Sequence record: EF517022.1
DNA: 566 nt
From: a phage
Direction: 5' to 3' (one strand)
Of the stretch, positions 1 through 566 are shown piece by piece. The stretch's first letter is position 1. Each line of letters opens with the position of its first letter. The notes under the pieces are model-generated. The model was given only the letters and a program-made list of their open reading frames with translations, ran no database searches and had not been told where the DNA came from. The position numbers and the translations under genes are program-made.

Positions 1-1
1 C

Positions 2-106
2 TGGGAAAAAGAAAACCCACCAGTACAAGCAACTGGGTGTATAGCTTGCTTAGAGAAAGATGACCGTTATCCACACACACCTGTAACAAAGGAGCTAACG
101 ATATGA
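2..106 (+). CDS. 1.7: 5'-partial upstream reading frame corresponding to the N-terminal extension of long-form gp1.7, terminated at TGA 104-106 in this sequence
   Basis: Frame 2 is open from the window edge for 34 codons (WEKENPPVQATGCIACLEKDDRYPHTPVTKELTI*), while frame 1 has TGA at 61-63 and frame 3 has TAG at 42-44. The first 26 residues match my recollection of the T7 gp1.7 N-terminus (...WEKENPPVQATGCIACLEKDDRYPHT). The last 8 residues (PVTKELTI) look like out-of-frame read-through. May be better treated as a disrupted part of gene 1.7 than as an independent gene. Confidence 0.6.
   Translation, partial: WEKENPPVQATGCIACLEKDDRYPHTPVTKELTI
49..60 (+). repeat. Direct repeat copy 1 (cttagagaaaga)
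   Basis: Exact 12-mer identical to 495-506. Codons 50-61 in frame 2 encode L-E-K-D. Confidence 0.9.
73..80 (+). repeat. (AC)4 dinucleotide tract at the frame junction
   Basis: acacacac at 73-80, within ccacacacacc at 71-81. It sits exactly where the upstream frame (frame 2) and downstream frame (frame 1) diverge. Confidence 0.9.
89..94 (+). promoter_or_regulatory. Shine-Dalgarno sequence (AAGGAG) for the ATG at 103
   Basis: AAGGAG is a near-perfect complement to the 16S rRNA 3' end and sits 8 nt upstream of ATG 103-105. It lies inside the upstream reading frame. Confidence 0.8.
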
Positions 107-566
107 CCGAACGTGAACAAGAGATGATTATTAAGTTGATAGACAATAATGAAAGTCGCCTAGATGATTTGAATGGCTGTGGTATTCTTTGCTCCAATGT
201 CCCTTGCCACCTCTGCCTCGCAAATAACGATCAAAAGATAACCTTAGGTGAAATCCGAGCGATGGACCCACGTAAACCACATCTGAATAAACCTGAGGTA
301 ACTCCTATAGATGACCAGTCTTCCGCTGAGACAATCGAAGGTGTCACTAAGTCTTCCCACTATATGCTGTTTGGCGACATTGAGGCTATCGAAGTGATTG
401 CTCGTTCAATGACCATTGAGCAGTTCAAGGGATACTGCTTCGGTAACATCTTAAAGTACAGACTACGTGCTGGTAAGAAGTCAGAGTTAGCGTACTTAGA
501 GAAAGACCTAACGAAAGCAGACTTCTATAAAGAATTCTTTGAGAAACATAAGGATAAATGTTATGC
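103..566 (+). CDS. 1.7: Nucleotide (dTMP/dGMP) kinase gp1.7-like protein, short-form start; 3'-partial (runs off the window end)
   Basis: ATG at 103-105 lies 8 nt downstream of AAGGAG (89-94). Frame 1 is open for 154 complete codons to the window end, whereas the other two forward frames are full of stops. Translation begins MTEREQEMIIKLIDNNESRLDDLNGCGILCSNVPCHLC and ends ...AGKKSELAYLEKDLTKADFYKEFFEKHKDKCY. This matches my recollection of T7 gp1.7 from its internal Met (about residue 42 of the long form). Product assignment is from memory, not a search. Confidence 0.85.
   Translation, partial: MTEREQEMIIKLIDNNESRLDDLNGCGILCSNVPCHLCLANNDQKITLGEIRAMDPRKPHLNKPEVTPIDDQSSAETIEGVTKSSHYMLFGDIEAIEVIARSMTIEQFKGYCFGNILKYRLRAGKKSELAYLEKDLTKADFYKEFFEKHKDKCY
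495..506 (+). repeat. Direct repeat copy 2 (cttagagaaaga)
   Basis: Exact 12-mer identical to 49-60. Codons 496-507 in frame 1 encode L-E-K-D. Confidence 0.9.
550..554 (+). promoter_or_regulatory. Putative Shine-Dalgarno (AAGGA) for the downstream gene start at 563
   Basis: AAGGA lies 8 nt upstream of ATG 563-565 and is embedded in the 3' end of the gene 1.7 coding sequence. Confidence 0.5.
563..566 (+). CDS. 1.8: Probable start codon of the downstream gene (T7 gene 1.8 equivalent); only 4 nt in the window
   Basis: ATG at 563-565 in frame 2 is preceded by AAGGA at appropriate spacing. Its position agrees with my recollection that T7 gene 1.8 starts about 8 nt before the gene 1.7 stop. The fragment is far too short to confirm from sequence alone. 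Confidence 0.4.

Noticed and set aside
27-50. Short inverted repeat agcaa ... ttgct (about 5 bp stem, 13 nt loop)
   Set aside because: Stem too short and imperfect to extend, lies inside coding sequence, and has no following U-tract. Not a credible terminator or RNase III site.
71-81. Programmed ribosomal frameshift at the CA tract
   Set aside because: (AC)4 is not a known slippery heptamer, no downstream pseudoknot or stem-loop is evident, and a +2 or -1 shift would have to occur within a few codons of an independent initiation site. A simple insertion or sequence variant explains the frame change more economically.
348-370. T7 promoter-like core CACTATA at 358-364
   Set aside because: Only the 7-mer matches the T7 RNA polymerase consensus TAATACGACTCACTATAGGGAGA. 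The upstream specificity region (taagtcttcc versus TAATACGACT) and the +1 to +6 region (tgctgt versus GGGAGA) fit poorly, and no T7 promoter is known inside gene 1.7 to my recollection. Most likely a chance match in coding sequence.
59-414. Recurrent atgacc / gatgacc hexamers and heptamers (59-65, 103-108, 310-316, 409-414)
   Set aside because: Length 6-7 nt with several copies is within chance expectation for this composition, and the copies have no consistent frame or spacing.
460-483. P-loop-like GKKS in YRLRAGKKSE
   Set aside because: It does not fit the Walker A pattern GxxxxGK[ST], because there is no Gly at the required upstream spacing. gp1.7 is reported to lack canonical nucleotide-binding motifs, so this is probably a coincidental basic patch.
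234-524. Antisense open frame of about 97 codons on the minus strand (and another open stretch over 1-230)
   Set aside because: It lies entirely antisense to a well-supported ORF. The only in-frame ATGs (complement of cat at 447-449, 414-416, 378-380) lack any Shine-Dalgarno-like sequence upstream. Open antisense frames are common opposite genuine genes.

Overview
The window is essentially all coding on the + strand and closely matches, from memory, the gene 1.7 region of bacteriophage T7 (nucleotide kinase gp1.7), running into the first bases of the downstream gene 1.8. No search was possible, so this identification is recollection plus reading-frame logic. One long ORF starts at ATG 103-105 behind a strong AAGGAG Shine-Dalgarno and stays open to the window end (154 codons). 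An upstream reading frame enters from the left edge in a different frame and stops at TGA 104-106, overlapping that ATG as ATGA. In T7 as I recall it, these two frames are a single ORF with an internal start that yields a long and a short gp1.7 form. Here they are separated by what looks like a +2 change inside an (AC)4 tract at 73-80, which would abolish the long form while leaving the short form intact. Other observations are a 12-bp exact direct repeat (49-60 and 495-506) encoding LEKD in both copies, a four-cysteine cluster near the start of the short form, and an RBS plus ATG at the right edge. I found no tRNA, rRNA, CRISPR, mobile element or convincing promoter or terminator.
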